Below, in pieces: positions 12,484 to 26,345 of a stretch of DNA of 64,000 bases. A program made the position numbers and the translations under genes. The notes under the pieces were generated by a model. It ran no database searches. It saw only the letters and a program-made list of their open reading frames with translations, and had not been told where the DNA came from. Position 1 is the first letter of the stretch, and the number at the start of each line of letters is the position of its first letter. The DNA comes from Octopus bimaculoides (lineage: Eukaryota). The stretch is taken from NCBI RefSeq assembly GCF_001194135.2, contig NC_068997.1:4073074-4137073 (forward strand). The letters are read 5' to 3'.

Positions 12484-13823
12484 TGCAAAAGTGTAAGTGT
12501 AAAGTGTATAATATTATAAGTTTGTATTTTGAGTACTTATTCAAACTTAATATCTAATATTCTATAACATATTAACTAAAGAAATATCTCTTCACCATAG
12601 AATATATTAAACCTGGGTATGTTGGATATAACTATCCCTATGAGAGGTTTAAATATCCTCATAATATATATATATATATACATATATATATGTGTGTGTG
12701 TGTGTGTGTATGTGTGTCTGTGTATGTGTGTTTGTACATATATACATGTATGTATGTATGTTATGTCTAAAATTCATTTATATCCCCTCACGCATAGGCA
12801 CTCTACTGCACAAACATCAACTGTTCAAATTACACACGCACATACACACACACACATAAACACACACACAAATAAACACACACATGCACACACTCACACA
12901 TATACACGCAGGCTCAATGAAGCTACACCAATTATCTCTGAACGGCTCCAAACGACTTCAAGTATATAGATTTGTTTAGCCCAAATTTTTATTTATCTCT
13001 CATAATTTTATTTCTGATCTAACAACATAATTACCATCTGTGTATTAAAATTTATATTCATTTAAGCTTACAGCAAGGGGGCAATGTGCCAGAACTGGCA
13101 GCACACCGGACAAAATCTTAGTAACTTGTAGGCTCTGAGTTCAAATTGCTCCGAGGGGGGGGTCAAGTTTGCCTTCCTTCCTTTTCGGGGCTATGAAATA
13201 AATACCTGCCAAGTACCGGGGTACATGTAATCGGTTTTCCACTCCCGTCAAAATCTTGTGCCAAAATCTCAAGGCATTTAAACCTACAGTATTTTATGAC
13301 ATATAAGACTCACTTTTTTCAAAAACTTACCTAGGGTCCTATATTCGAATTTAGGCCCATGTTACATGTTTTAATGCGTTAACAACATTTTTCCTGAATA
13401 TTCACTGCTAAAGTTGGGTTGCGTCTAATATGTTTGACGAAAACTCTATTTCTCTAATGTCACACATTTAGAAACGTACGTACATAGACATGGAAAATAT
13501 ATACACCTATAAGAGAAAAAATAAATGAAACTAGAAGGCCCAACACTCACACAGACTTGCAAGTATCACCTCTACCTACTCCTCTCTACGCACATCCCAA
13601 ATAGTTCCAAATGACATCCACTACCAACTAATAAGACATCCAGTTTGTAATCTTTACTCATCCGATGATTCCCAATCCGACTCAGAGGAAACCACAGGTC
13701 ACACCGGATTATTAAATATCAAAATGGTTACAACAATAAATTTAAGCCAACAAACGCACTGGGTTCTCTCATTCGTTAACCTAAAAAGTACGCAACACTT
13801 CACAATAACTCTCAAGGCAAGTC

Positions 13824-13883
<60 letters not shown>

Positions 13884-13974
13884 GGTTGTGTGTGGGGGGT
13901 GTATTCACACACATATTTACCTTTTATTACTATCAGCCAATTGATTACGGTCAGGCCGCGGTACTACATTGCTC

Positions 13975-14383
13975 TACTCTTTTACTCTTTTACTTGTTTC
14001 AGCCACATGACTGTGGCCATGCTGGAGCACCGCCTTTAGTCGAGCAAATCGATACCAGGACTTATTCTTTGAAAGCCTAGTATTTTTCTATCGGTCTGTT
14101 TTGCCGAGTCGCTAAGATACGGGGACGTAAACACATCAACATCGGTTGTCAAGCGAGGTTGGGGAGACAAACACAGATACACAAACATATATACACACAT
14201 ACATATATATACATATATAGGTCAGGCTTGTTTCAGTTTCCGTCTATCAAATCCACTCACAAGGCTTTGGTCGGCCCGAGGCTATAGTAGAAGACACTTG
14301 CCTAGGGTGCCACGCAGTGTGACTGAACCCGGAACCATGTGGTTTGAAGCATGCTACTTACCACACAGCCACTCCTACGCCTA
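13975..14383 (-). mobile_element. SINE family A, full-length copy in reverse orientation
   Basis: Reverse complement aligns end to end, by eye, with 12082-12483. Confidence 0.8.
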
Positions 14384-14929
14384 CATTCATTAGTTGTTCT
14401 AAATTATATCAGTCCCCTTAATCTGGTAGACTATCAAATTACCGCAGTTATCGTTTTAGGTAAGTCCACATAAGAAGTAATCTTTTTTAGTAAGTAAATA
14501 ACACTAGGATTATGCACCAAATGACATCACTTGACTTACAAATACTTGAAAACAGACACAAACACCCACACACATATACACACACACCTATATATATATA
14601 CATATATATTTATACATAAAGTCATAAATGACAGAGAAACAGTTTGATGAAATTTTATTTAACAATAAGAAAATTCTAATATCACGACAAATTGTTTCGT
14701 AACTAAAAAAACATGTAAATAATTTATGTTATTATATTTAACACAAAATAAATTGCTTACATGCCTGCATTAATGCAAAATCCCAAAACTCGTTTTCACT
14801 TGTATTGTAATATTTATTCTATATGTTTTGCAGAATGATACACTAAGGAGCTTTTTTCATGAGTAATACCAGATTACATAAATCCATATATTGTGACTTA
14901 AGCGCCCTCACCCTTAAGCCAGGTGCCTC

Positions 14930-15249
14930 CACGTGGCGGTTACGACGATGAAGCTTCCACTTGATCCGATCAACGGAACAGCCTGCTCGTGAAATTAACG
15001 TGGACGTGGCTGAGCAGGCAACAGACACGCATATCCTTAACGTCGTTCTCACGGAGATTCAGCGTACCACAGAGTGTAACAAGGCTGGCCCTTTGAAATA
15101 CAGGTACTACTCAATTTTGTCAGCTGAGTCGACTGGAGCAACGTGAAATAAAGTGTCTTGCTCAAGGACACAACGCGTCGCCGTGAATTAAGCTCACAGC
15201 CTTACAATCGTGAGGTGAAAATCCAAGCCACTAAGCCACGCGCCTTCAC
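14930..15249 (-). mobile_element. tRNA-derived SINE (family E here) sharing its 3' tail with family D
   Basis: Minus head GTGAAGGCGCGTGGCTTAGTGG..., central GTTGTGTCCTTGAGCAAGACAC, and the tail GATCAACGGAACAGCCTGCTCGTGAAATTAAC shared with the copy at 5198-5549. Confidence 0.7.
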
Positions 15250-15304
15250 TTATATATAAAATGTCGGTCTATTGGTTTCACGTCCATTACTGAGTCGCCT
15301 ACAG

Positions 15305-15356
15305 GCAACACAGAAGACCTGCTGGCTGGAGGCACATAACCGCTTTACTGATGGAG
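15305..15356 (+). CDS. Possible small coding exon of a plus-strand membrane-protein gene
   Basis: Acceptor CCTACAG (alternative CACAG, start 15314) and strong donor GAG|GTAAGA. Frame (ATQ)KTCWLEAHNRFTDG ends in phase 1, matching 18552-18722. Confidence 0.3.
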
Positions 15357-15958
15357 GTAAGAACGCAATCTTCGTCAGCAAAGTTGTGAGCAAAATCTCC
15401 TGAAGCGAAAATTTTCGAAGCAAACATCCTTCTTCGCGGGAAGAAGATGTCTCGTTTTAACCTTTTCTGTTGTGTCCGAAAAGGATCAGAAAAGATGTGT
15501 GCTTCTGCGTCATTATGTCCATGTTTTCCCCACCACTGCTTGACATCCGGTGTTGTGTTTCTTCCCCCGTAACTTAAAGGTCCAGCAAAAGAGACGGTAG
15601 AATAAATACTAGGCTTTTAAAGAACAATTACTGAAGTCGATTCTTTCTACTAAAATTCTTCAAGGCGGTGACTCAACATCGCCGCCGACTCATGACTGAA
15701 ACAAGTAAAAGATAAAATGATAAATGACCGAGTTGTCTCTCTTCGGTATTTCCCATTGATTACGTTTAGTTATTTAGAAACGCATCTGGAAATCCGACAG
15801 GGGGCAGCGCTGGAGAAATATGGAGTTTTTATACCTTTTACCATGAGAGAATTCTTTTTCCACACTGATAGCAGTGAATTTTCCTTTAGAACTTTAAATA
15901 TGTCACAAATATATTTTAAATAATCTAAAGTTCGCATGTACATATACATACATACATA

Positions 15959-16807
15959 CAGGGTGCGATGGGTGAATTGTCGCCATATTATATTTTTAAT
16001 TTCGCGCATGCACGTTGTTTGTTTCTGATCTTATCGATTACACAGTATAATAGAATCAATTGGGCAACGTCTGTGAGAAAAACACTGCCATAACGCAATT
16101 CACTCTGCCAGAAATTTGGAAACGATATGTTGTACTGCTTGGCATTCGCACCGGAAGCTCCAATATGAACATTACAGGTTGTCTGGGTGTCAATCGGTAC
16201 ATGCAATCTGAGTGATAAAAATCGAACATCCAGTCAACATCAAGGTGTATTGAGTGAGCACTAATGACGGCGACGTTATGCCTCCATTCATCTTCCCACA
16301 CGGCCACAGAATCAAGTACCTGGAGGAGGTAAGTTTGCCCTGGGTGAAGAGGGTGGCTGCTAGAAGACCCTATGTCTGGCAACAAGACTCTGCACCATGC
16401 CACACAAGCAGGAGAACCCTGTCATGGCTGTCAGACAATTTCTTCGATCACATCACCCCTAGCACCTTGACACCAAATTCCCCAGACTGCAACCCTCTTG
16501 ATTATGATGTGTGTGGCGCAGCTGAGCGAGAGACCAACAAAACTCCTTCTAACACCAAAGATGAACTGAAGGCAAGGGTTTTGGCAGCATTCACCAACTT
16601 AAACAAGGAGACAGTCCAGAAGCGTTGCAGGGAATTTCGAAGTCGTCTACAGGCCATGATTGAAGCCAAAGGTGATTTTATTGAGTAAATTTACTCTTTA
16701 GTACTTCAAGTTATTTTCATGTAATTTTGGTAAATACATCTGTTAAAATGAGTTGTGTTATTTTCATTTTTGCGTAATTTAGACGACACCTTATTCACCG
16801 TACCCTT
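15959..16807 (+). mobile_element. Internally deleted Tc1/mariner element, maT (DD37D) type
   Basis: TA-flanked imperfect TIRs (CAGGGTGCG... / ...CCGTACCCTT). ORF 16254-16688 has QQDSAPCH...PNSPDCNPLD with 37 residues between the last two Asp. N-terminal part is missing or degraded. Confidence 0.85.
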
Positions 16808-16813
16808 TATGTG

Positions 16814-16851
<38 letters not shown>

Positions 16852-17168
16852 CTTTGATCTTCTGCGCTTGACTGTTTACTAATTTTCATTCTATGGTGAG
16901 GCTCATGAATGAGACTAGGGTGAAAAATGTTTTCCAAAATGTAACGAAGTTAATGGTATGGGAACAACACAGTTTCAAAGGGAGCGTCTTAAATATTCTG
17001 TCATAAGCATCTTAAGAAATAAATTCTATGGTTATTATTGTGTGCCTGCATGCGCATGTGCTCTGTGTGTGTGTCTACACATGTATTGAATAAACATAGA
17101 TAAGTATATAAACAGCGAGATGTATGCATACATAAAGATACCTACACACACGTATTAATACACACATT

Positions 17169-17199
<31 letters not shown>

Positions 17200-17942
17200 A
17201 TCCATAAACATATACATACGTACACACATACATACATATATACATACATAGGTAGATTACCTAAAAGTCGAAGTGGGTATTCTCTCTAACTTCCTTTCAC
17301 TCACCCACCCACTCACTCTCTCTCTCTCTCTCTCTCTCTCTCGCTACCTGAAATTCTGTTGACTTAAAGATTGGCTGCTTTTCTGAAAATAGAAATAAAA
17401 TTTATTTGAGGAATGGTTGTGTGGATTACGATTTATGGAGAGATATCGGTATTAGCGGAGATTAAAAATAGATTTGGTATTTTAGATATAGACTTTCGTT
17501 TGTGCGCACACTTATATGTGTATACAATGTGTATGTGGGGTTGTGTGTGCGCGGGGGGGGGGGGCGTGTGTGTGTTATCTCATCTCTGCTCAATCGAACA
17601 TGGCCATGTGAAACTCTGAGTTGCAATGGAACAAATCATGAAACACCTCTTACTCTATACACACACTCAGACAAACACATACACACACACATACACACAC
17701 ATACACACGCAAACACATACACACACACACACAGACTACAAACATATTCATGCAATTAGTCACGTATAGACATACATGTATACATACACAGGTCTCACTC
17801 TCGCTCTCTCTGTATATGTACACAAAATAAATAAATAAATAAATATATATATATATATTGAATTAGAGGATATGTTAGCCTCATGAAGTAGTTGTTTCAT
17901 CCAAGGAAGTACTGGTTCAATACCCAATTTTCGTTTCTTCTG

Positions 17943-18040
<98 letters not shown>

Positions 18041-18551
18041 ATATGAGTGCGTCTGTGTGTGTGTGTACACACAGGGTAAATTTCTTTAAAGTGTTAAAGC
18101 GTCGATTGAAACGCGTTGCGGCATTCGTTCCGGCTCATTACACTCTGAGGTGAACTTCACATTTCGATGTTGGGAAATAAAGGATCAATCGGGTACCGGG
18201 GGTAACCATTGAGCTTAACTTATTCGCTTCTCTAGGACTACCAATGGTCAAGGCAATCCAAAAACACCTTAAGGATTTGAATGTTAGGCTATGATATATT
18301 TAGCAGCGGAACACATATTGTCACTGAACTGTTAAAGAATACGAATATATATATTTCTAAGGTGTGCACTTGCGTATATTTGTGCACATGTATTTATATG
18401 TGTATGAGTACATATTTGCTTGCTATGCTATAATCTCAGTTTATCTCTGGCTGAGCATTTCTATAAGTTACTTCAGGTGTAATCATCACATCGTCGGCTG
18501 TAACGTCAACATTTCGTTCAGACAGTACGGTGTGATTTTGAGAGTATTTAG

Positions 18552-18722
18552 TAGTCATTTGTAACAATTTGAGTAACAACTACCAACTGGCCGGTAGAGC
18601 TGGATGCATTGCGATATCTGTGCTGATTCTTAGTTTCCTGCCAGCAATCCCATCGTGGACTCTGGCGCAGTACCCTATTGGTCGTTACGGAACACTTTTC
18701 TCTTGGATAACTTTGGTCGCGG
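18552..18722 (+). CDS. Possible exon encoding two hydrophobic helices (claudin/PMP22-like pattern)
   Basis: Tandem TAGTAG acceptor, open frame VVICNNLSNNYQLAGRAGCIAISVLILSFLPAIPSWTLAQYPIGRYGTLFSWITLVAG, and a GC-type donor G|GCAAGT. Non-repetitive, GC-elevated island. Family assignment is pattern recognition only. Confidence 0.35.
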
Positions 18723-18852
18723 GCAAGTTATGAGCTTGCCTGAGTGGCCAAATTGTAATAATCTACAAATATAAATTTGCCCAGGCCGACAGATGCTTCA
18801 GAAAATAGTCCATTTCTTTATACACACTCATACTTAAAACATATGGTAGGGT

Positions 18853-18854
<2 letters not shown>

Positions 18855-18937
<83 letters not shown>

Positions 18938-19020
18938 CGTGTGTGCGTGCGTGCGTGCGTGCGTGTGTGTGTGCTTGCATGCAGGTGCGTGTGTGTTTGC
19001 ATGCATGTGTCTGTGTGTAT
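18855..19020. repeat. (GT)n/(GCGT)n microsatellite
   Basis: Directly visible. Confidence 0.95.
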
Positions 19021-19491
19021 AGTGTGTGTATATTGTACGTAGGCACAAGTGAGAAGTTCCAAACAATGTTGAATAGTTGTTTGTGGCTATGGTAGCTGGC
19101 ACCTCGCACTTAGTTGTTCGAATTTCACGTTCCCCGTTATCAGACTAGATGTGAAATAAATAGAAAAAAAAGCAAGATTTTTCTTTTGTGTGGGGGGATG
19201 ATAGTCTTGATCAAGTTTAACTGGGATCTAAGGAACAACAATGGCAAGCTTAAAGTGCTTCTATGCACTGCTCAGTTTTCTAGAAATAGAAGTTACAGGA
19301 CATTTGTAAATCATGCTCTTCGTCTTAAAACGGAGGAATGCATTGGGTACAGTGATCATGGAATTTACACTACTTTAGAAAATATAAAAAGAGATGGTCA
19401 CAGTTAGAACACTCTTGATCACAAGCCTACTCAAGTAGGTCTTACTTGGGGTTAAATAACAATGAAAAAACATTAATATCTTCCAGTGTAT

Positions 19492-19680
19492 AAGGCGGTA
19501 AGCTGGCAGAATCGTTAGCACGCCGGGCAGAATACTTCGCGGAATTTCGTCCGTCTTTCTACCGAGGTCGACTTTGCCTGTCATCCTTTCGGAATGTACT
19601 CGTTGAACGTTAGGGGTCGACGTAATCGACTTACTCCCTTCCCTCTGAATTGCCGACCTTGTGCCAAAATTTGAAATCAA
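19492..19680 (+). mobile_element. SINE family B copy
   Basis: TAAGGCGGTAAGCTGGCAGAATCGTTAGCACGCCGGGC...CCAAAATTTGAAA. Confidence 0.75.
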
Positions 19681-21112
19681 TATCTTTTAGTATTGCTATA
19701 ATTCGTTTCTCAGTATGGGGACAGTTTGATTCAAGTAGGATGAGGCGTTTAAAAGAGTAGTACTTGAAATTGTTAACTTCAGTTTTGTTACTCCTAATAG
19801 CTGCATTAACTTAATCATCAGTTTTAACATATCTTCATTGCTGCTGTTGCTGTAGTTGCTGCTGGTACTGCTGTTGTTGTGATTGTTGTAGTTGCTGCTA
19901 GTTGTGTTCACTTCAAAAATTGAATCCTTCCAAATGAAAGTAGACGATAAATACATTTACACATTTTTTCTCTCTTCCTTGCCGCCATCTTGTTATAAGT
20001 GTTTTATTTTACTTCTTCTTTCTGATAAAGCGTTTAAGTTTGTATTCAATCATGCTAAATGTGAAGCTATTACTGATGTGTTTTCAAGAGAGTGTGTATG
20101 TGTTTACATGTGTATCTGAAAAGAGTAGCACTTAAACAACCATATATATGTACATAAACAAACTTAATAGTGAATGTAGATAAATAGTTTAATGTATCAG
20201 CAACCTCGTTTATATTCATATTGACTTCATATTCAATCAAGAATTTTCTAATCTAAAATATTTAATATTGAATTCGCTTTGCTTCTTCAGCAAACTCTGC
20301 GTGACTTTTCCTTTTGCTACCAGGTTTCGCAGATTGTGGTAACACGGCAAAACACTCCAAAGACTCCAAGACATTTTAGTTATGTTCATTAAGTGTTTCT
20401 TTATTTTAAAGTATAGCAACTTGGAATTACAGGAAATAGCCATTTCCTAATCAATATTTATCTAAAACATTATATATTTTGTCCATCATCGATACAAATG
20501 AAAAAAAAAGTTGAGAGAAAAAATACCACGCTTGTGTTATATCAACGAAGCTCTACGAAATAACGGAGGTTCGCAACAGAAGCGAAGTGCATGACAAACA
20601 GTTACAATTCTATGGACGAAGTCTCTATACTGTTGGCATCACAATGAAATACATGCAAATTCCTACTAGAAAAATAATAAAAGGATCGAAATATATAGCA
20701 AAAAAATATATAAGGATGATATTTTATTTCACTTTTCATTTCGTTTGTAATACCGTTGTCTTAGTTGTTTTATTCGAATAAAATAAGTTGTGTGTCAATA
20801 TAGTTTGCAATGCAAATACCAATTCTATGAAAGAGATTAAAATATATTTGACAGAATTGAAGGGGAAAAGAAAGAATAATTTAACGCCATTTTCACGTTC
20901 TTTTCTTTTTTGTTTTGTTTATAAATATTTATTCATTAATGTTTATTTTACTTATTTATTTATTTTTATTCCTTTCTCTACCACCCGAGATTTATCTTCG
21001 ATTCTTTCGATTCTTATGAATAAATTTCATCAGTTTTCTATTATTTTTATCTCTGGTTTTAATTTTATCTCGATACGTATAATTCAGGATATATGGAATT
21101 ATAACAACAGAA

Positions 21113-21114
21113 TA

Positions 21115-21178
<64 letters not shown>

Positions 21179-21191
21179 GTTATTATTATTA

Positions 21192-21259
<68 letters not shown>
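21113..21259. repeat. (ATT)n microsatellite
   Basis: Directly visible. Confidence 0.95.
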
Positions 21260-22940
21260 GTGCAACGGAATGAGAGAGATCCTGTGATAAACGCAACAAA
21301 AGATATCGTCTGCCGGATGATACCGCCATAATACAACGGCTGATGAGAAACGGAGGAAAGTTTGATATCATATAACATAGCAGTCTTATAAACGGGAAAG
21401 GCATCAGTTTTGGTGTTATGGGAATTTGTTAAGAATATATTATTTTCTTACAGAGGAAATATTGCGTGGGGTGAGCATTTGTATATATAACACTGTGAAT
21501 ATATTCCAGCAAAAAATTTATGAGATAGCAGAAAGAAAAGAAACAGTGTTGGTAAGAGTATGATAACCAAATGCAATGACTGCAGAACGGAATAAGTAAT
21601 ATCATAATGCATATGAAAATGGCATAGTAGTAGAACGGAAATATGACACAGGAGAACGTTGGGTCAGTTTGTAGGGATGATAAGAGGGATGATGATACTG
21701 CGGCTTAAATATTATCGGCTGCATCTTGAGGGCTGTATTTTCTCTTCAGAGGCAGAAAACTTTCCAGCGCCTATCTAGTACTAAGCCTCAACAAATGTGA
21801 GGGGATGCCCACAACGAAATACCTCATACATATGTGTGAGCGTCTACAGCTGCTGTGCTTAGAAGTATACTGTGTAGTATTTAAAGAATCACCACTCGAA
21901 TGATTGGTCTGAAGTTACTCATGACTCAAGAGTCAAAAGAGCGGGGACAGCTTTCTCGTATTTGTTTATTAAGTTGGCAGAGAACCACATCTTTTGGGAA
22001 GAGAGTACAGTCAAATCAAATGACCTCATTTTATCGAATGTGGGGAGATGAAAGTTAAAGTTAATCCTTATGAATTGGGGAGTGACGTCAAAATATAACG
22101 GTTCAAACAAAATACTCTAAAGGTTTTGTGAATAGTTTGGCTTTAAATATGGGTTGGTGTATACTCATAACGGTCGTCTTAGACAAGTTCCACTAACAAA
22201 GATAATGTTTTATTTACGACATTAGAAAAATAATGCGTAATATGTGGAGTATTTCCAAGGATCTCATGATCTGAGAGGAAACGATTGGGTTTAGTGGTCA
22301 GTGTGAGGTACAAGTGTGGACTAGACACAATAGGGATGCTAACAGCGGGGAAAGACAAATGAATAGAATACTACTGTAGGGTACAGCTGGCAAGACAACC
22401 CAGCTAGTTGAAGGACTAGAAGCCAGTAGAGTAGTTAGAGAAAAGATAGGAATATAGGACAGCACATTTGAGGTGGTGTGAAGACATTAAAAATTATTAA
22501 GGCGCTGTTCCATTTCAGTAAGTCAGGTAGCCGTTTTTTGGATACGATACAAAATGTACGTGTGAGTGTAGCTCAAACAATTGCAGAAGCAGCAGCATCA
22601 CATATATTCCGATCTCTCTGGAAACGGAAATAATTTCAATAAATCAAGAATTTCTCTTGTAAATTATTTAATATTCTCTTATTCGGCTTTATTCCTGAAA
22701 TGCATGCCATTGGCCACACTAAGTTATTTCTCTCACATCAATCCTTTTCCTTTCATATGCAAAACGTATACGTACAACATACATGCATACATACATACAT
22801 ACATATATATATANNNNNNNNNNATGTGAGAGAAATAACTTAGTGTGGCCATATATATATGTTTATATAAACATATATATATATATATGTACACATATAT
22901 ATGTGTATATATATTCATACATGCACATATGCATATGCAT

Positions 22941-22972
<32 letters not shown>

Positions 22973-22999
22973 ACATAGATAGATAGATATTTACATGTA

Positions 23000-23057
<58 letters not shown>

Positions 23058-23392
23058 TAAGTGTAAACATATATGTATATCGATCTATACACATGTATAT
23101 TTGCATGCATGTGCGCGCTCGCACGCGTGTGTGTGTGTATGTAGATGATATCAACGCAGGAAATGGAAGAGTCCTTCCATTCTCATGATGCCAGCTGCTC
23201 TACTGGCATTGGCAGAGATAAACTAAAATAATACTGACTTTAAAATTTCCAGAGCTACTGCTTTTCCGAATCCCAATGAAATTATTTTATATTGTACCCC
23301 ATCCAAAGTGTAAATAGATAAATAGACACGAGATTTCAATCCAGAACATCAAATACACACACGAACAAACACGCACACACACATACACACGT

Positions 23393-23429
<37 letters not shown>

Positions 23430-23963
23430 CACACAGGCACACACTCACACACGCGCACGCCTACATGCACTCACACACACATGCACACACACGCACACAC
23501 ACATACACACAAACACATACACACTCACAAACACGCACACACAAGCAAACGCACATGTAAGCACTCACATATTTCACTTAGACTTTGCGAAACGAATAAC
23601 CTGGTCTTATGTTTCAGGACAAAGTGTTAGATGGGTATGGAGAGGTGAGAAGAAAAAAAAAAGACGACACAAGAAGAACAATGTTTATGCTATGAATTCC
23701 ATTAGTCCACAGCTGTTACTGTCATGTGATGCGGTGGCTTCTTAGTTGATTGTCTGAATAACATCGTGTAGCTTCATCGGAGCCTTGAGGCACTCAGCTA
23801 AGAGTTCACTGCATCTTATAGTAGAAACAGATGCAGACTAATGAGGTTCATAACATAACCATTGTTTTTCCTGTGTCATCACTTCTTTTTAATTTTATAT
23901 ATATTATTTTATTGTTACTTGTTTCAGTCATTTCATTGCGGCCATGCTGAACCACCGTCTTTC

Positions 23964-24041
<78 letters not shown>

Positions 24042-24169
24042 TAATTTTCTAGAATGAAGCCAAATGTTTTGCTTGTTGGTTATCTGTTTTACAATGTATG
24101 TATGCATGTATGTGTGTGTGTATAGTAAAACATAACTCAATTTTATTTTCTCTTCAGATTTCACCTACT

Positions 24170-24640
24170 AGAAATGATGAAATAACGAACGACTCCAGAC
24201 TAAACTTTGAACAATGGAAATTTATCCGAAAGTATTACGGGAAGTTTGTAAATGCAGTCTAAGTGCAATGACTGTTTATTAAGAGTTACAATATGGTGTG
24301 GCTTATCAAGAAAAGGAGTAAATGGATATTGTCTTTCGATAGTACTGTGAATGGATTCATTTACTTCAACTCGCTGTCACAATCTGTCATGACGAATATT
24401 TAACAAGATTTTGAAGCTGAGTTATATTTCCAGAAAGATAGAGCACCAGTACATTTCTACCGGGCCTTCTTTGATAAGAATTTACCAAAGATGGATTCGA
24501 GGAAAAGGTTCAGTAAGAATACTTACCGAGTTTAGCGGAACTTACACCCCTAAACTTTTTTATGGGGATACTTAAAAGATAAAGTCTACGTTCCAAAACG
24601 ACAACTGCCTGTAGAGTCTATTCAACATTGAAAATGAGAT
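24170..24640 (+). pseudogene. Degraded Tc1/mariner transposase remnant, rosa (DD41D)-like
   Basis: Frame fragments LNFEQWKFIRKYY (DUF4817-like N-terminus), LYFQKDRAPVHFY, and LTPLNFF/WGYLKDKVYVPK resemble FQQDGAPPH and WPPRSPDLTPLDFFLWGYLKDKVY. Multiple frameshifts and deletions. Confidence 0.7.
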
Positions 24641-24786
24641 GTATTACAGCAGTAACATAAGATTCTTCCAAGGCAGTTATACATTTTCTGCTTTTCCTTA
24701 TATTTTCAACACACAGACACATACACACAAAACAAACACACACTCGTACATACGTATGTATGGATGCATGTACATACATACCTACG

Positions 24787-24820
<34 letters not shown>

Positions 24821-24842
24821 TGTATGTATGTATGTACGTATG

Positions 24843-24875
<33 letters not shown>

Positions 24876-25699
24876 TTGTATGTATGTATGTATGTATGTA
24901 TGTATGTATTATGTATTCATGTATATGACTGTCATTTCTACCATCCAGAGCTCATTAAATAATTTTACAATGTCCAGTAGTTAATTAGCTGACATTTTTA
25001 TGTGAGATATCTGTTTTTTTTTAAACAAACTTTAAAAGATTCTGTAATTATGACGATGTTTCGCGTCTGCATGTACGTATGGATATGTCTATATAAATAT
25101 ACATTTTCTACGCATACGCATATGTATATACACATATAAGTCATATGTATAAAGATATATATACATACACACAGACGTATATATATATAAATATGTACAT
25201 TATATGTATATATTTGTATAAACACATACGCACACATATATATGCGTGCGTGTATGTACACATATGTATGTATACATACACATACACAACCAATATGTAT
25301 ATATATATAACTATATATATATANNNNNNNNNNNNNNNNNNNNNNNNNNNNNNNNNNNNNNNNNNNNNNNNNNNNNNNNNNNNNNNNNNNNNNNNNNNNN
25401 NNNNNNNNNNNNNNNNNNNNNNNNNNNNNNNNNNNNNNNNNNNNNNNNNNNNNNNNNNNNNNNNNNNNNNNNNNNNNNNNNNNNNNNNNNNNNNNNNNNN
25501 NNNNNNNNNNNNNNNNNNNNNNNNNNNNNNNNNNNNNNNNNNNNNNNNNNNNNNNNNNNNNNNNNNNNNNNNNNNNNNNNNNNNNNNNNNNNNNNNNNNN
25601 NNNNNNNNNNNNNNNNNNNNNNNNNNNNNNNNNNNNNNNNNNNNNNNNNNNNNNNNNNNNNNNNNNNNNNNNNNNNNNNNNNNNNNNNNNNNNNNNNNN

Positions 25700-25818
25700 T
25701 TTCTTTCTGTATGTATTTTCTATACATGAAAGTGAAAGAAACCCAGCACAAAGGGAGGGGGAAAGCGGGAGAGAAAGTGACGCTGATGTCTGATACCGTA
25801 TAAGTGTATGTCAGTGTG

Positions 25819-25864
<46 letters not shown>

Positions 25865-26345
25865 CGCGCGTGTGGCGTTCCACAATCGCCATTTGTCTCA
25901 ATCACTTTTATGAAGATATTCAGATAATTTTCGCTCATTCTTTCATTTAATCCCCATTTTGATTTTCGAAAAAGTTACCTAGAAATTGTCAAGTCCCATA
26001 TGATTCATGGGCCCTGTGGTTCAATTAATCCATCTTCCACATGCATGAGGCATAATAAGTGTACCAAGAACTACCCACAAACTGGAGAAGGCGGCTACCC
26101 CCTTTACCGGAGAAGAAAACCTGGGCATGGTGGACTTTTCGAAAACATGAGAAATGGGCAAGAATTCATCATTGACAATCGGTGGGTTGAGATAAATGGC
26201 GATTGTGGAACACCACATCCATGCAAACACTCACTCACACACATATATACAGTATCAAACATCAGCGTCTCTTTCTCTTCCGCTTTCCCCCTCTCTTTGT
26301 GCCGGGTTTCTTTCACCTTCATGTATAGAAGACACATACAGTATG
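25700..26345. repeat. Diverged ~170-200-bp inverted repeat pair (25700-25905 and 26187-26345) flanking a Helitron Rep fragment
   Basis: The reverse complement of GTGTGGCGTTCCACAATCGCCATTTGTCTCAA matches TTGAGATAAATGGCGATTGTGGAACACCACAT, and similarity continues through ...CCGCTTTCCCCCT...GGGTTTCTTTCAC...CATGTATAGAA. Confidence 0.8.

Noticed and set aside
19114-19407. 97-aa plus-strand ORF with a short hydrophobic stretch (IFLLCGGMIVLIKF)
   Set aside because: Purine-rich upstream sequence gives no acceptor, the phase is wrong for the 18722 donor, and there is no recognisable motif.
22704-22852. ~30-bp inverted duplication (GGCCACACTAAGTTATTTCTCTCACAT)
   Set aside because: The second copy begins exactly at a 10-N gap edge, so it is most likely a scaffolding artefact.
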